Below, one piece after another: positions 51,967-63,376 of a stretch of DNA of 64,000 nucleotides. The stretch is from assembly GCA_951406725.2 (NCBI GenBank), contig OX597816.1, positions 131,750,001 to 131,814,000 on the forward strand. The letters are read 5' to 3'. Positions within the stretch are counted from its first letter, which is position 1. The number at the start of each line of letters is the position of its first letter. Both the position numbers and the translations under genes were made by a program. A model generated the notes under the pieces. That model did no database searches, was not told the DNA's origin, and saw nothing but the letters and a program-made list of their open reading frames with translations. This DNA is from Octopus vulgaris. Lineage: Eukaryota.

Positions 51967-52859
51967 TGTGGAATTTGTGGAAGAATGTGAAGGAAAGGGG
52001 AATGGGTGAAGGAGAAGAAGGTAATTGGTGACAGTATAATAAAAGCATAGATAGAAGAGAAGTTGTGAGATGATGTGAAGTGTGGAGAGGTGAGAGATTG
52101 ATGTACAGTGATAGAAACAAGGGTCTGAGGTATGTAGGGGTGGATATAGTAAGTGATGAATAAAGGTGGTAGAGAGTGTTGGTGACAGATATGAGAGGCT
52201 ATTCAGGAAAAAGAGGCGTTCAATAGAAAATAAAGTGGTAAGAGATGAAATTGAGGATGGATGACAAAAGGAAAAGAGGGATAATTGGTGTCACAAGATA
52301 GATGGATAAAATGTATGTAGTTCTGTTCTCCCATAATTACATCAGATGAGTAAATAGTGGTGTAGTCAAAAGAGTGAGTGGGGTGTTAAAAAGACAAGTT
52401 GTGGGGATGCTTTGACAGAGATAGATTAGATGTTGGGGTATAGATATACTGCTACACGAGCACTTTGTCAGCTATGATGATGAGGGTTCCAACTGATCGC
52501 TCAATGGAGCAGCCTGCCCATGAAATTAACATGCATCTTGCTGAGCACTCTACTGACATGTGTAACCTTAATGTAGTTCACATGGAGGTTCAGTGTGACA
52601 CAAAGTGTGACAAGGCTGGTCTTTTGAAATACAGGTACAACTCATTTTTGTCAGCTGAGTGGACTGGAGCAACATGAAATAAACTATCTTGCTCAAGGAC
52701 ACAACATGCATCTGGGAATTGAACTCATAACCTTATGATTGTGAGCTACATACCCCAACCACTAAGCCACGTGCCTTCACACAGACATAAACATTATGTT
52801 TTTAGGATATACTTTTTGCTTGGATAGATGGGTTTTTCAAAGCAGAGAAAATCATCAAT

Positions 52860-53720
52860 CATTTCAGTCTTTTGTCATCTTCATGAAGTTCAACATCCTA
52901 AGATCGGTTTTTGCTACATCAGCCCATGTCTTCCTGGGTCTCCCCCTTCCACAGGTTCCATCCACATTTAGTGATTGATACTTCTTTATACAGCTGTCCT
53001 CATCCATATGTATCACATAACCATTTCAGCACTTCTCTCTTGCACACTAGATCTGATACCTCTTGCACCCAGTTTTTCTCTCAACATACTTGCACTTTGT
53101 CATGCATACACATTGACATTACCCATCCAGTGGAATATGCTAGTTTCATTTCTTTTTTTCTTTCTAGTTTTTGCATATCCTCTCCATTATGGGCCCACAT
53201 CTCACTAGCATTGCTGTTTGTACACAAGCCTCATACAATCTGCTTTTCCCTTTGAGAGAGAAGCCTTTTGTTCCCAACAGAGGTAATAGCTCTCTGAACC
53301 TTCTTATTCTCTCAGCTATGCTTTCAGAACATCACCCACCACTACAAATTAGGTCACCTAGGTAACAGAAACTATCTACTATATCTAAGGATCCTCCTGG
53401 GCATTCAAGAAAATCTGTTTGCTGTCTGTTCTCAGTATTTATTGCTCCTGCACATTTACCACAAACAAATTCTACTTTCTTTGTTAACCTTCCTGTAATT
53501 CCTTTGTACCTCTTATGTGTTTGCACTGGGAACACTGTAATTTCTTCTTACGCCTTTTCCTGCATATCAAGCAGAACCATTTTCCTGAAGGGATTAGTAT
53601 CATGTCTGTTTTCCAGCTTACTAAAACTTTGGTCTTTGCAAAGTTAACTTTAAAAACCCTTTGATTCCAAGTTTTACTGCCACACCTTCAATTTCTTTTC
53701 TAATTCTACTACAGATACAA
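52860..53720 (-). mobile_element. Degraded RTE LINE 3' part
   Basis: THKRYKGITGRL..FVCGKC..DSFCYLGDLI; RGRPRKTW-like motif. Confidence 0.8.
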
Positions 53721-54152
53721 CTCTCCCATCAGTATCACTACCATCATCATCATCATCACCATCATTGTCATTATCATTATCATCAACGTCATCGTCGTCG
53801 TTGTCACCATCATTATCATTAGAGTCATCATCGTCGTCGTCGTCATCATTATCATCATCATCATCATCATTGTTATCATCATCATAATAATTTAATGTCT
53901 AGTTTTCCATGCTTGTATGGAGCAGAGAGAATTTGTTAAAGCAGATTTTCTACAGCTGTTTCTGCTCCTGGTGCCAGCCCATACTTGTTTCAAAGCAAGG
54001 TTTATATTTCTCCATGTTTTTTTTTTTTTAAATAAGACTGGAAACAAATGCAACCTTACTTCTATGATGATAATAAGCATTTACAACCATCATGTGATGT
54101 CGAGACAAGAGCACACACAAAACACACACATTCACACACACACACACACATG

Positions 54153-55418
54153 TGAAATGTCTGATTTTGAACTGAAAGTTTATTTTACTTTATTTTAATG
54201 AAAAGCAATGCAGTTAATCAAAGTATGCACCTAAATTATCGACACAATTTTGCCATTTTATCAGTAGCTTATTTATGCTGGCAGTGAATAATTCTGGAGA
54301 GCAAGAGGAGATGAAATCACGAAAGCTGTTTTTGCATCTTCTTCAGATTTGAAGTCTTTCCCTGGCAAAAAGTTGTCTAATGCCTGGAAAATGTGATAGT
54401 CAGTTGGTGCAAGGTATGGTGAATATAGTGGATGACAGAGTACTTTCACGTTCAGTTCCTGTAACTTGAGTAGCCTTCTTTGTGCAACAGGTGGTCGAGC
54501 ATTGTCTTGCAAGAGAATTGGCCTGTCTCTACTGACCAATCTCAGTTGTTTAATTGCAAGTTCACTCATCATTTTATCCAGTTGGTTGATGTATACATCT
54601 ACTGTAATTGACTTACCAGGTCTCATGAAGCTGTAGTGGATGGCACCATCACTGGATCACCAAACAGACACCATTAGCTTTTTTTGGTGAATATTTTTTT
54701 TTTGGATTATGTTTTGGCACTTTGTCTCTATCCAACTACCATGCAGAATGCTCGCTATTGTTGAAAAGAATCCATTTTTCATCACATGTAACAATACGAT
54801 GCAAAAATTGTTTGCTTTTATGCTGTGACAGCAAAGAACAGCAAGTTTCAAGACAACGTGTCATTTGATGATCTTTCAGTTCATGTGGTACCCACTTGTC
54901 CAGCTTCTTTACTTTGCCAATTTGTTTCAGATGGTTCAATACAGTTGGAATCCAGAATTCAAACCTTACTGCTAACTCACGCATAGTTTGAAATGTATCC
55001 ACTGCCACTACAGTTTCCAGCTCATTATTATCCACCTTGGTCTCAGGTCTACCATGGGGCTGATTTTCAAGAGTAAAGTCACCAGACTGGAACTTCTCAA
55101 ACCATCGACGTGCAGTGTGCTCATTCGCCACATCTTTCCCAAACACCTCATTGATGTTTTGATCTGTCTGGGATGCATTAGTTCCATGATGGAAATCATA
55201 TTTATAAACAATATGAAATTTTGATCTATTCATGAGTTCACAAAAATTGATTTACAAGAGAAAACTCACAATATAAACAGATACCATGAATTGCATTTCG
55301 AAAAGTGATGATGTAACTCTTCAATGTTGTAAAACAAAGAATTGTCAGGATAAAACATTAGAGTTAACAACTATCAAACTTGATATATAAGAAAATTGGA
55401 CATTTCATTCTTAATGAC

Positions 55419-55420
<2 letters not shown>
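54153..55420 (-). mobile_element. Near full-length inactivated mariner (DD34D)
   Basis: ORFs 54736-55233 and 54273-54626: WVPHEL, TCDEKW, QDNAR, YSPYLAPTDY. One TIR TGGTCATTAAGAATGAAATGTCC with TA flank; the other is partial. Confidence 0.92.
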
Positions 55421-55486
<66 letters not shown>

Positions 55487-56224
55487 CACATACAGGCTTG
55501 TCTTTTCAGGTGGTGATGTCACATAAAAAGCACCCATGTCAGTGTTGTGTAAACACACCTGTGCCAGTGCTGCATGTCAAACCATCCAACCTATGTCGGC
55601 ATGGAAAATGGGAAACAGATGCTAAATGATGATGATGATTATAATATACATACATACATATGTGTGTGTGTGTGTGTGACTATTTATTTACTTATTTTCA
55701 GTGTTGACAGTATTCTTTGAAGTTTCACCAATACTGGCTTCTTAAAATATATTTAAGTTGCTAATGTCCAAAGAAATTCAAAGTAAACTGTTACCAGAGG
55801 CAATAAATATTATTTTGATTCTACAATCAATACTGAGTTCTTCATTCAGTGCATTTTTGTGTGTGTAAGTACAGCTAACCATCATTCAGAATTAAATATT
55901 ATTTGGTAGTAATTCTCATGCTTCCTCTAATTATTTTAGGTGCATACATAATCAACAGGTAGACATAGATATCCTCTTAGCCCTCTCACTTTTGGTCAAA
56001 CAGAATATTAAACATATGATATCTGGAGAGTGAGAGGGAACTGCACTGGCACTTAGCATGTATTCCATTTCAGGAGAGTAGATTGACCAAAGCAACATGA
56101 AATGAAAGGCACAAAGCACTGCCTGGTCCAGGAATAGAATCCCAGAACCTAATAATCATGTACTTAAGTACCATCAAGGTCTCGGGTTCATACATAAGCA
56201 TACAAACCTACAATTATATATACA

Positions 56225-56585
56225 TATAGTGGTAGTATATTGGAATGTACAAATAGTAGACTACATCAAATGCCTAGGGGGATATCTAGAAGTGGTAAAT
56301 AGCTTCCATTACTTAGATGACCAAATCAGCAGTGGAGGAGGATGCTCTGAAAGTGTAGCTGCTAGAATAAGCTCGGGCTGGGAAAAGTTCAGATAGAGGC
56401 TACCTTTGTTGGTAACAAAGCGCCTCTCCATCAGAGTGAAAGGCTGATTGTATGATGCTTGTGTGAGAACAACCATGCTACATGGCAGTGTAACATGGGT
56501 TGTGACTGCAGAGGACATGCAAAGGCTTGAAAGAAATGAAGCTGGATGTTCAATGTCAGTGTGCACATACAACAGAGTGTAAATG
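56225..56585 (+). mobile_element. RTE LINE internal fragment
   Basis: LEVVNSFHYLDDQI..GGCSESVAARI..LYDACVRTTMLHGS. Confidence 0.8.
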
Positions 56586-56590
56586 CCTCT

Positions 56591-56782
56591 GGCTCTGTAG
56601 TACAAATGTCTTACTTTCATAAGTATTGAATTAAAATCTTCCACCAAACCTTTGTCACAATTTATGTTCCCAACACTAGCTTAATGATAACTAAGTTCTT
56701 TTACTAAATTCTTTGTTATATTTAAGATTAATTGAATGAAACACAGAGCATCTCAAAATAAATACGGTAACGAAAGGGTTAA
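56591..56782. mobile_element. piggyBac-type MITE (left end lost)
   Basis: Ends GGTAACGAAAGGG|TTAA; direct repeat of 57101-57291. Confidence 0.75.
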
Positions 56783-57723
56783 TCACGTGCAGAGAGTGAA
56801 TATGTGCTCTTCTTTGCTATCATGTTTCCCCGAATGAAGCCTTTTTTAGACTGAATAGTGACAAGAAATGGGTTCTCTATAAAAATGTCAAGTGTCAAAC
56901 ACACTGGGTAGGGAAAGGAGTAACATCGGCACCCTGGGCTGAAAAAGGTCTTCACCCACATAAGGTGTTGTTATCTGTTTGGTGAGATATGAAGGATTTA
57001 GTCCGCTTTGAACTTTTAAACTCAAAACAAACGATAAGAAAGGAGATCTACTGTGAGCAGCTTGAGCACCTTTCATTACCAACCCAGCTGAAACCAGCTC
57101 CGGTTCTGAGTACAAATGTCTTGTTTTCATAAGTTTTGAATTTAAATCTCCCACCAAACCTTTATCACAGTTTATGTTCCAAACACTAGCTGAATGATAA
57201 CTAAGTTATTTTACTAAATTCTTTGGTATATTTGAAATAAATGAAAGAAACACAGAGCATCTCAAAATAAATACAATAACAAAAGAGTTAAGTCAGTGCT
57301 AGAAGCAAAATGACCATCTTTGATTTCAAAACAAAAGGTGTTCTTCCATCAGGATAATGCTTAGCCACATACAGCAAGGATGACATCCCAAAGGCTGAGG
57401 CAGCTTGAATGGGAAACGATGCTCCACCCGCCATATTCACCAGACATTGCCCCATCTGATTATCATTTATTGTGTAGTTTTTAAAATCATTTGGACAAAA
57501 AAATATGAATTTCTGTAGACAAGGTTAGAACAGTAGTGGAGAAGTATTTTTTGTCACGGACAAGTGAATTTTGGAAGAGAGGCCTTGCAAGTCTACCAAA
57601 TAAGTAGAAGAACATTGTAGAAAATGGAGGAGAGAATATTTTAGATTAAAAAAGAGCTTTGTTTATCTTAAGTTTGAAAAATAAAGCAAGTATAAAAGCC
57701 GCATTATTTATGGGATGACCCAA
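56783..57723 (+). mobile_element. mariner 3' two-thirds, interrupted by a piggyBac MITE (57069-57291)
   Basis: LHPHKVLLSVW..IYCEQLEHL | KSVLEAK..FHQDNA*PH..HPPYSPDIAPSDYHL; TIR ..TTATGGGATGACCCAA|TA. Confidence 0.85.
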
Positions 57724-57971
57724 TATATAATTATCAAAGGAATACTGATGTTCCAGAGAAAAATATTTATTACTTTAAAATGGAATTTAAAAAAAGAACA
57801 AAATACTCATTTGTATAACTCCTCCCACAACTACACTATTATTTCCTCCTCCTCTGTCTATATGATTTTTTCTCTCACTGCATGTGTAGCATTTCTTTTA
57901 CTCATTGCTTACCACCAAGCCTAGCATGTGCATTCATCCTGCATCTCTTATGGTAACTCTTTCTATCTCTG

Positions 57972-58012
<41 letters not shown>

Positions 58013-58594
58013 ACAATGTAAGGTGTAATTGGAAAAATCAACCAACCAACATTTTTACCTGCTATGTCATATGGAAATAAGGAAGAAAGCAGCAATAAAA
58101 TCTCCCACATTGTAGCAATTATACTTCCTGATAAACAGCTGTCTATCAGAGAATTTAATTGCAAGAATTCACAAAGACTCATGGTGATTTGTGCTTGAAA
58201 GTGTCAGATCTGTCATAAGCAAAAATTTAAGATATTGCTACTGTAAATAAAAACAGACAAATCACTGTCACATTATTGAGTCTTTTGATTTCATTGTCTT
58301 AAAGAATATAATGACAACATCATTAAAATAAATATCAACTGTCTGAAATCAAGGACTGAAGTACTAGAAATGAGTTAAGAGAATAATACTTCAAGCAAAT
58401 AATTTCTTTTTCTGGCTGTTGTGATGAGAGTCATGATACTCCCTTGTGAGAAATGACTGAACCAAGCAATTATAAATAGTAGTGGTCAGAGTGAAGTTTG
58501 TATGTTTGTTTTAGTTGAGTTCACAATGAAGTCAGTTGGTTAGTGTGTTTGGAATATAGATTGTTGGTTTGTGAAGAGATTGTTGGATCGTTAC

Positions 58595-59355
58595 TGTTGT
58601 GGCAGATGCCCCCAGGTGAGAATGGGCTGATTTATAGCTCACACAGCCACTGATGTGTAGCAGCAGGACATAACAGTGGCAATGAGGATACCTCCCATTG
58701 TATAACTGTCGCTATAACAATGGTAACAAGGTTACAAATGCTTGTAGGAGTGCCAAAATGGAACACCTATGTTCAAGAACAATGACAGAAAGTTTGAAGG
58801 ATTTGAACTCTAACACAGAACTGAACTACACATGGTGAAAATTAATATACACACAGTGAAAAATATATCTAAATAAAAAGATTCTGAAGAAAAAAAATGC
58901 CTGATATATCTGGAACTCTGCACAGAACTGAACTACATATGGTGAAAAATAATAATAATAATGATGACGATGACGACGAGTCCATTTGAAAGATTTTTTA
59001 AGTCAGGTCGCTCTATGTAGTAGTGCTACCAGTAATAATGTAGACTTGGTACTACCTGTGGCATTTTGAAAGAGAAAAAAAATAAATATTTAATTCTGTG
59101 TGGAATGAGAAAAAATCTAAATAAGAAAAAAATAATTCTAGTTAAAAGAAAAAGTAATGAAAAAATATGTTGTGTTGAAAAAAAAATCTCAAAGCGGGGA
59201 GGTGTTGTGGCAGACGTCTCCAGGTAAGAAGTGGGCTAGTCCACTACTAATAAATTGGGGACTGACACAGTTAGTAATGTCAGCCAGTGAGGTACGCTGT
59301 TCAGGCCAGTCCCGTAGGGATGATGAAACGCATTGTCATAATGCAGGACATAACA
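58595..59355 (+). mobile_element. TRIM-like miniature non-autonomous LTR retrotransposon
   Basis: LTRs TGTTGTGGCAGA..GGACATAACA at 58595-58675 and 59203-59355. PBS TGGCAATGAGGAT, PPT AAAGCGGGGAGG, 5-bp TSD GTTAC. Confidence 0.88.
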
Positions 59356-59820
59356 GTTACATTGTTATTGTAACTGCATCATTATCTTGTTTACTGCTAC
59401 AAGACTGGTACAGTGTATTTAAACCATCCATCACAATATTGTGGCAGTGCCATGATATTGGAGAGAGATGGAGGATACAACGCTGGCACTGTCTGTTATG
59501 ATGAGGCTTCTAACTGATCTGGTCAATGAAATAGCCTGATTGTGAAATTAATGCACAAGTGGTAGTTCTCAGGAAGATTCAGTGTGACACAGAATGTGAA
59601 AAGGGCTGACCATTTAAATTACAGGTACGATGCAGTTGTGCCAGCTGAGTGGACTGGGGCAATGTGAAATAAAATACCTTTGCTCAAGTACATAATGCAC
59701 CACTGAGAATTGAACTGATAACCTTATGATCTTGAGTCAAATACCCTAACCACAGCACAAACACTACTTTCTAAATGCTTACCATAGCACAAGTAAAATA
59801 TTATGCCATAAGTAAAAGCT

Positions 59821-60160
59821 GTCAAGGTGCATGGCTTAGTGGTTAGAGCATCGAGCTTATAATCGTGAGGTTGTGAGCTCGAAGCCCAGACCGGTCTGCG
59901 TGTTGTGTTCTTGAGCAAGACACTTTATTTCACGTTGCTCCAGTTCACTCATCTGTAGAAATGAGTTGCGATGTCACAGGTGCCAAGCTGTATCGGCCTT
60001 TGCTCTTCCCTTGGATAACACTGGTGGCGTGGAGAGGGGAGTCCGGTATGCATGGGCGACTGCTGGTCTTCCATAAACAACCTTGCCTGGCTTCGTGCCT
60101 CAAAGGGTAACATTCTAGCTGCAATCCCATGGTCTGTGTCGTGACCGAAGGGGGTCTCAG
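59821..60160 (+). mobile_element. tRNA-derived SINE
   Basis: A/B boxes; TSD AAGTAAAAGC; aligns to 62687-63023. Confidence 0.9.
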
Positions 60161-60369
60161 AAAGTAAAAGCAAAGCTCTGCTTGAAAAATAATTGTTATT
60201 TCTTCTGCATATAGTGCATTGACATACTTCAATTTCTGGATTTTACTCTGGGACAGAAAGTTGATATTTCTGAAAAAGACTGAAGTCCAAGCAATTTTTA
60301 TTAAAAGAACTATCTCAGAAAGTCTGAAGAAACTGTACTTCTGATTAACATGCAAGCAGCATATTATTT

Positions 60370-61656
60370 ATGATTTACCAAAGACTTGAGGTATTTCGTG
60401 TTGCAAGACGGTGTGTGAGAGAGAATCGTGATGTGGTAGGAGAGAAATGTGTTCGCATGGATGATGGTTCACTTGCGCTAAATGAGGATGCAAAGAGAGA
60501 GGTTTGGAAACACCACTATGAAAGGTTGCTGAATAAAGAAAATGAATGGGATAAAGAGAGTCTGCCGAATGTCAACCCAACAGAGGGACCAGCTATCCGA
60601 ATTGACAGTTCTTTGGTAGTTAAGGCAATTAGGAGCATGAAGACAGGAAAAGCCCCAGGCCCATCAGGAATTACTGCAGTGATGCTCAAAATATCTGGCA
60701 GTGTCGGCTATAGCCTAGTCACCCGTATAGTTAACCAGGTGATACACAAAGGAGTCATACCCAATGACTGGTGTAGCAGCATAATAGTCAACTGCTACAA
60801 AGGTAAAGGTGATGCCCTAGATACGAATAATTACAGAGGTATCAAGTTGTTGGATCAGGTAATGAAGGTTACGGAGAGGGTCATAGCCCAACTGATAAGG
60901 GAGAGAGTCAACTTGGATGAGATGCAGTTTGGTTTCGTGCCAGGAAAAAGCACCACTGATGCCATATTTCTGGTGAGACAGCTGCAGGAGAAATACCTAG
61001 CCAAAGATAAGCCCCTGTACCTGGCTTTCATTGACATGGAGAAAGCCTTCGACAGGGTCCCCCGATCCCTTATCTGGTGGTCAATGAGGAAACTAGGGAT
61101 AGATGAATGGCTGGTGAGAGCTGTGCAAGCCATGTACAGGGATGCTGTAAGTAAGGTTAGGGTTGGCAACGTGTACACTGAAGAATTCCGGGTAGAGGTT
61201 GGGGTCCACCAAGGTTCAGTCCTCAGCCCCCTCCTATTTATCATAGTCCTCCAGGCAATTACAGAGGAATTCAAGACAGGATGCCCCTGGGAGCTCCTAT
61301 ATGCTGATGACCTTGCTCTAATTGCTGAGTCACTATCAGAACTGGAGGAGAAGTTTCAGGTGTGGAAGGAGGGATTAGAATCGAAGGGCCTTAGAGTCAA
61401 CCTAGCTAAAACCAAAGTCCTAATAAGTAGGAAGGTAGACAAATCACAAATGCCTTCAGGTAGATGGCCCTGCTCGATCTGTAGAAAAGGCGTAGGTAGA
61501 AACTCTATAAGATGTACCCAGTGTAAGCTATGGGCACATAAGAGGTGCAGCAATGTCAAAGGAAGGCTAACTGGGAAGATAATTTTTGTATGTGGCAGAT
61601 GCTCCGATGGATGTGTAATGTCAGTGTGCATACTCGACAGAGTGTTAGTACCTTGA
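60370..61656 (+). CDS. RTE reverse transcriptase (truncated ORF; lacks the APE endonuclease) with inserted PHD-type zinc finger
   Basis: KAPGPSGI, NYRGIKLL, QFGF, AFIDMEKAFDRV, GVHQGSVLSPLLF, YADD, GLRVNLAKTK, then C4HC3 at 61471-61602. Confidence 0.9.
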   Translation: MIYQRLEVFRVARRCVRENRDVVGEKCVRMDDGSLALNEDAKREVWKHHYERLLNKENEWDKESLPNVNPTEGPAIRIDSSLVVKAIRSMKTGKAPGPSGITAVMLKISGSVGYSLVTRIVNQVIHKGVIPNDWCSSIIVNCYKGKGDALDTNNYRGIKLLDQVMKVTERVIAQLIRERVNLDEMQFGFVPGKSTTDAIFLVRQLQEKYLAKDKPLYLAFIDMEKAFDRVPRSLIWWSMRKLGIDEWLVRAVQAMYRDAVSKVRVGNVYTEEFRVEVGVHQGSVLSPLLFIIVLQAITEEFKTGCPWELLYADDLALIAESLSELEEKFQVWKEGLESKGLRVNLAKTKVLISRKVDKSQMPSGRWPCSICRKGVGRNSIRCTQCKLWAHKRCSNVKGRLTGKIIFVCGRCSDGCVMSVCILDRVLVP

Positions 61657-62550
61657 GAGAAATGTTGGACCTAAGAAGCATCAGCTGTGGTGTGCAAGAG
61701 AGATGATTGCGCTGGTATGGTCATGTGGAGAGAATGGATGAAGATAGGTGTGTGAAAAAGTGCCAATCCCTAGTAGTTGAGGGAATCCGTGGAAGAGGTA
61801 AACCCAGGAAAACCTGGGACGAGGTGGTGAAGCACGACCTTCGAACTTTAGGTCTCACCGAGGCAATGACTAGCGACCGAGACCTTTGGAAATATGCTGT
61901 GCGTGAGAAGACCCGGCAGGACAAGTGAGTCCAGCCCACTTATGCATGTCTTTCCTCCCTTGGACACACAAAGACCTGTTGAGGCAAGTGAAGTTGAAAT
62001 TGAACCTCATTCGACGACAGGCACCCATGCCAACCTCCCTTCATTGGACACTAAACTCTGCTTGCGAAGACCTGTTGGGGCAAGTGAAATCGGAATCGAA
62101 ATTGAACTGACTCCTGTGCAGGTGGCAAGTGAAGAAACACCATTTCGACCCTGTGCTTGAGGAGATCCATTGAGTCAAGTACACCAACATCAAAATCAAT
62201 AAAAATTGCAGTTGCGATCCCTGTGCCGGTGGCATGTAAAGAGCACCATCTGAATGTGGCTGATGCCAGCGCCGCCTTGACTGGCTTCCGTGCTGGTGGC
62301 ACGTAAAATGCACCAATCTGATCGTGGCCGTTGCCAGACTCGCCTGGCACCTGTGCAGGTGGCATGTAAAAAGCACCCACTATACTCACGGAGTGGATGG
62401 CGTTAGGAAGGGCATCCAGCTGTAGAAACATTGCCAGATAAGACTGGAGCCTGGTGCAGCCTTCTGGCTTCCAGATCCTTGGTCAAACCGTCCAACCCAT
62501 GCTAGCATGGAGAATGGACGTTAAACGATGATGATGATGATGATGATGAT
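60383..62550 (+). mobile_element. Young 5'-truncated RTE-clade LINE with ~330-bp internal deletion, long 3'UTR and (GAT)n tail
   Basis: RT ORF; C-terminal RWYGHV..RGKPRKTW (61707-61928); 3'UTR ending GGACGTTAAAC(GAT)n. Confidence 0.93.
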
Positions 62551-62686
62551 ATGTATGTTAAGCTTTTGTAATATCCTGAAATTTATGATTTCTATTTAAT
62601 ACTGGTTGTTTGTCTTGGAATGATTACAAAAGATATGTTGTTAGTTCTAACCATGCGAATACAGACATAAAACATACACACACACT

Positions 62687-63023
62687 CCGCATGGCTCAGT
62701 GGTTAGAGCGTCGAGCTTACGATCGTGAGGTTGTGAGCTCGAATCCCGGACCGGGCTGCGTGTTGTGTTCTTGAGCAAGGCACTTTATTTCACGTTGCTC
62801 CAGTTCACTCAGCTGTAGAAATGAGCTGCGATGTCACTGGTGCCAAGCTGTATCGACCTTTGTCTTTCCCTTGGATAACACTGGTGGTGTGGAGAGGGGA
62901 GGCTGGTATGCATGGGCGACTGCTGGTCTTCCATAAACAACCTTGCCCGGACTTGTGTCTAGGAGGGTAACTTTCTAGGTGCTATCCCATGGTCATTCAT
63001 GACCGAAGGGGGTCTTTACCCCC
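62687..63023 (+). mobile_element. Young tRNA-derived SINE
   Basis: TGGCTCAGTGG A box, GAGCTCGAATCC B box, CpGs retained. Confidence 0.9.
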
Positions 63024-63065
63024 TTTTATATTTATATCATCTGTATCTATCTATCTATCTATACA

Positions 63066-63097
<32 letters not shown>

Positions 63098-63148
63098 CAC
63101 ATACATATGCATATACATATATGTGTGTGTGTATGTATATATGTATGC

Positions 63149-63231
<83 letters not shown>

Positions 63232-63337
63232 CCTGCTCGCTTAGCCAGTGGGGTGGCGTCATTCGAAGGCTAAAACAGTGCGAACGCATTGTGACCAGCG
63301 ATGTGGCAACATCTGATGGTCTGGTCGGTCACGTGAT

Positions 63338-63372
<35 letters not shown>

Positions 63373-63376
<4 letters not shown>

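Noticed and set aside
62687-62760. tRNA gene calls for SINE heads (also 47159, 59825, 7507)
   Set aside because: Only A/B boxes and partial arms; they continue into multi-copy SINE bodies, several with TSDs
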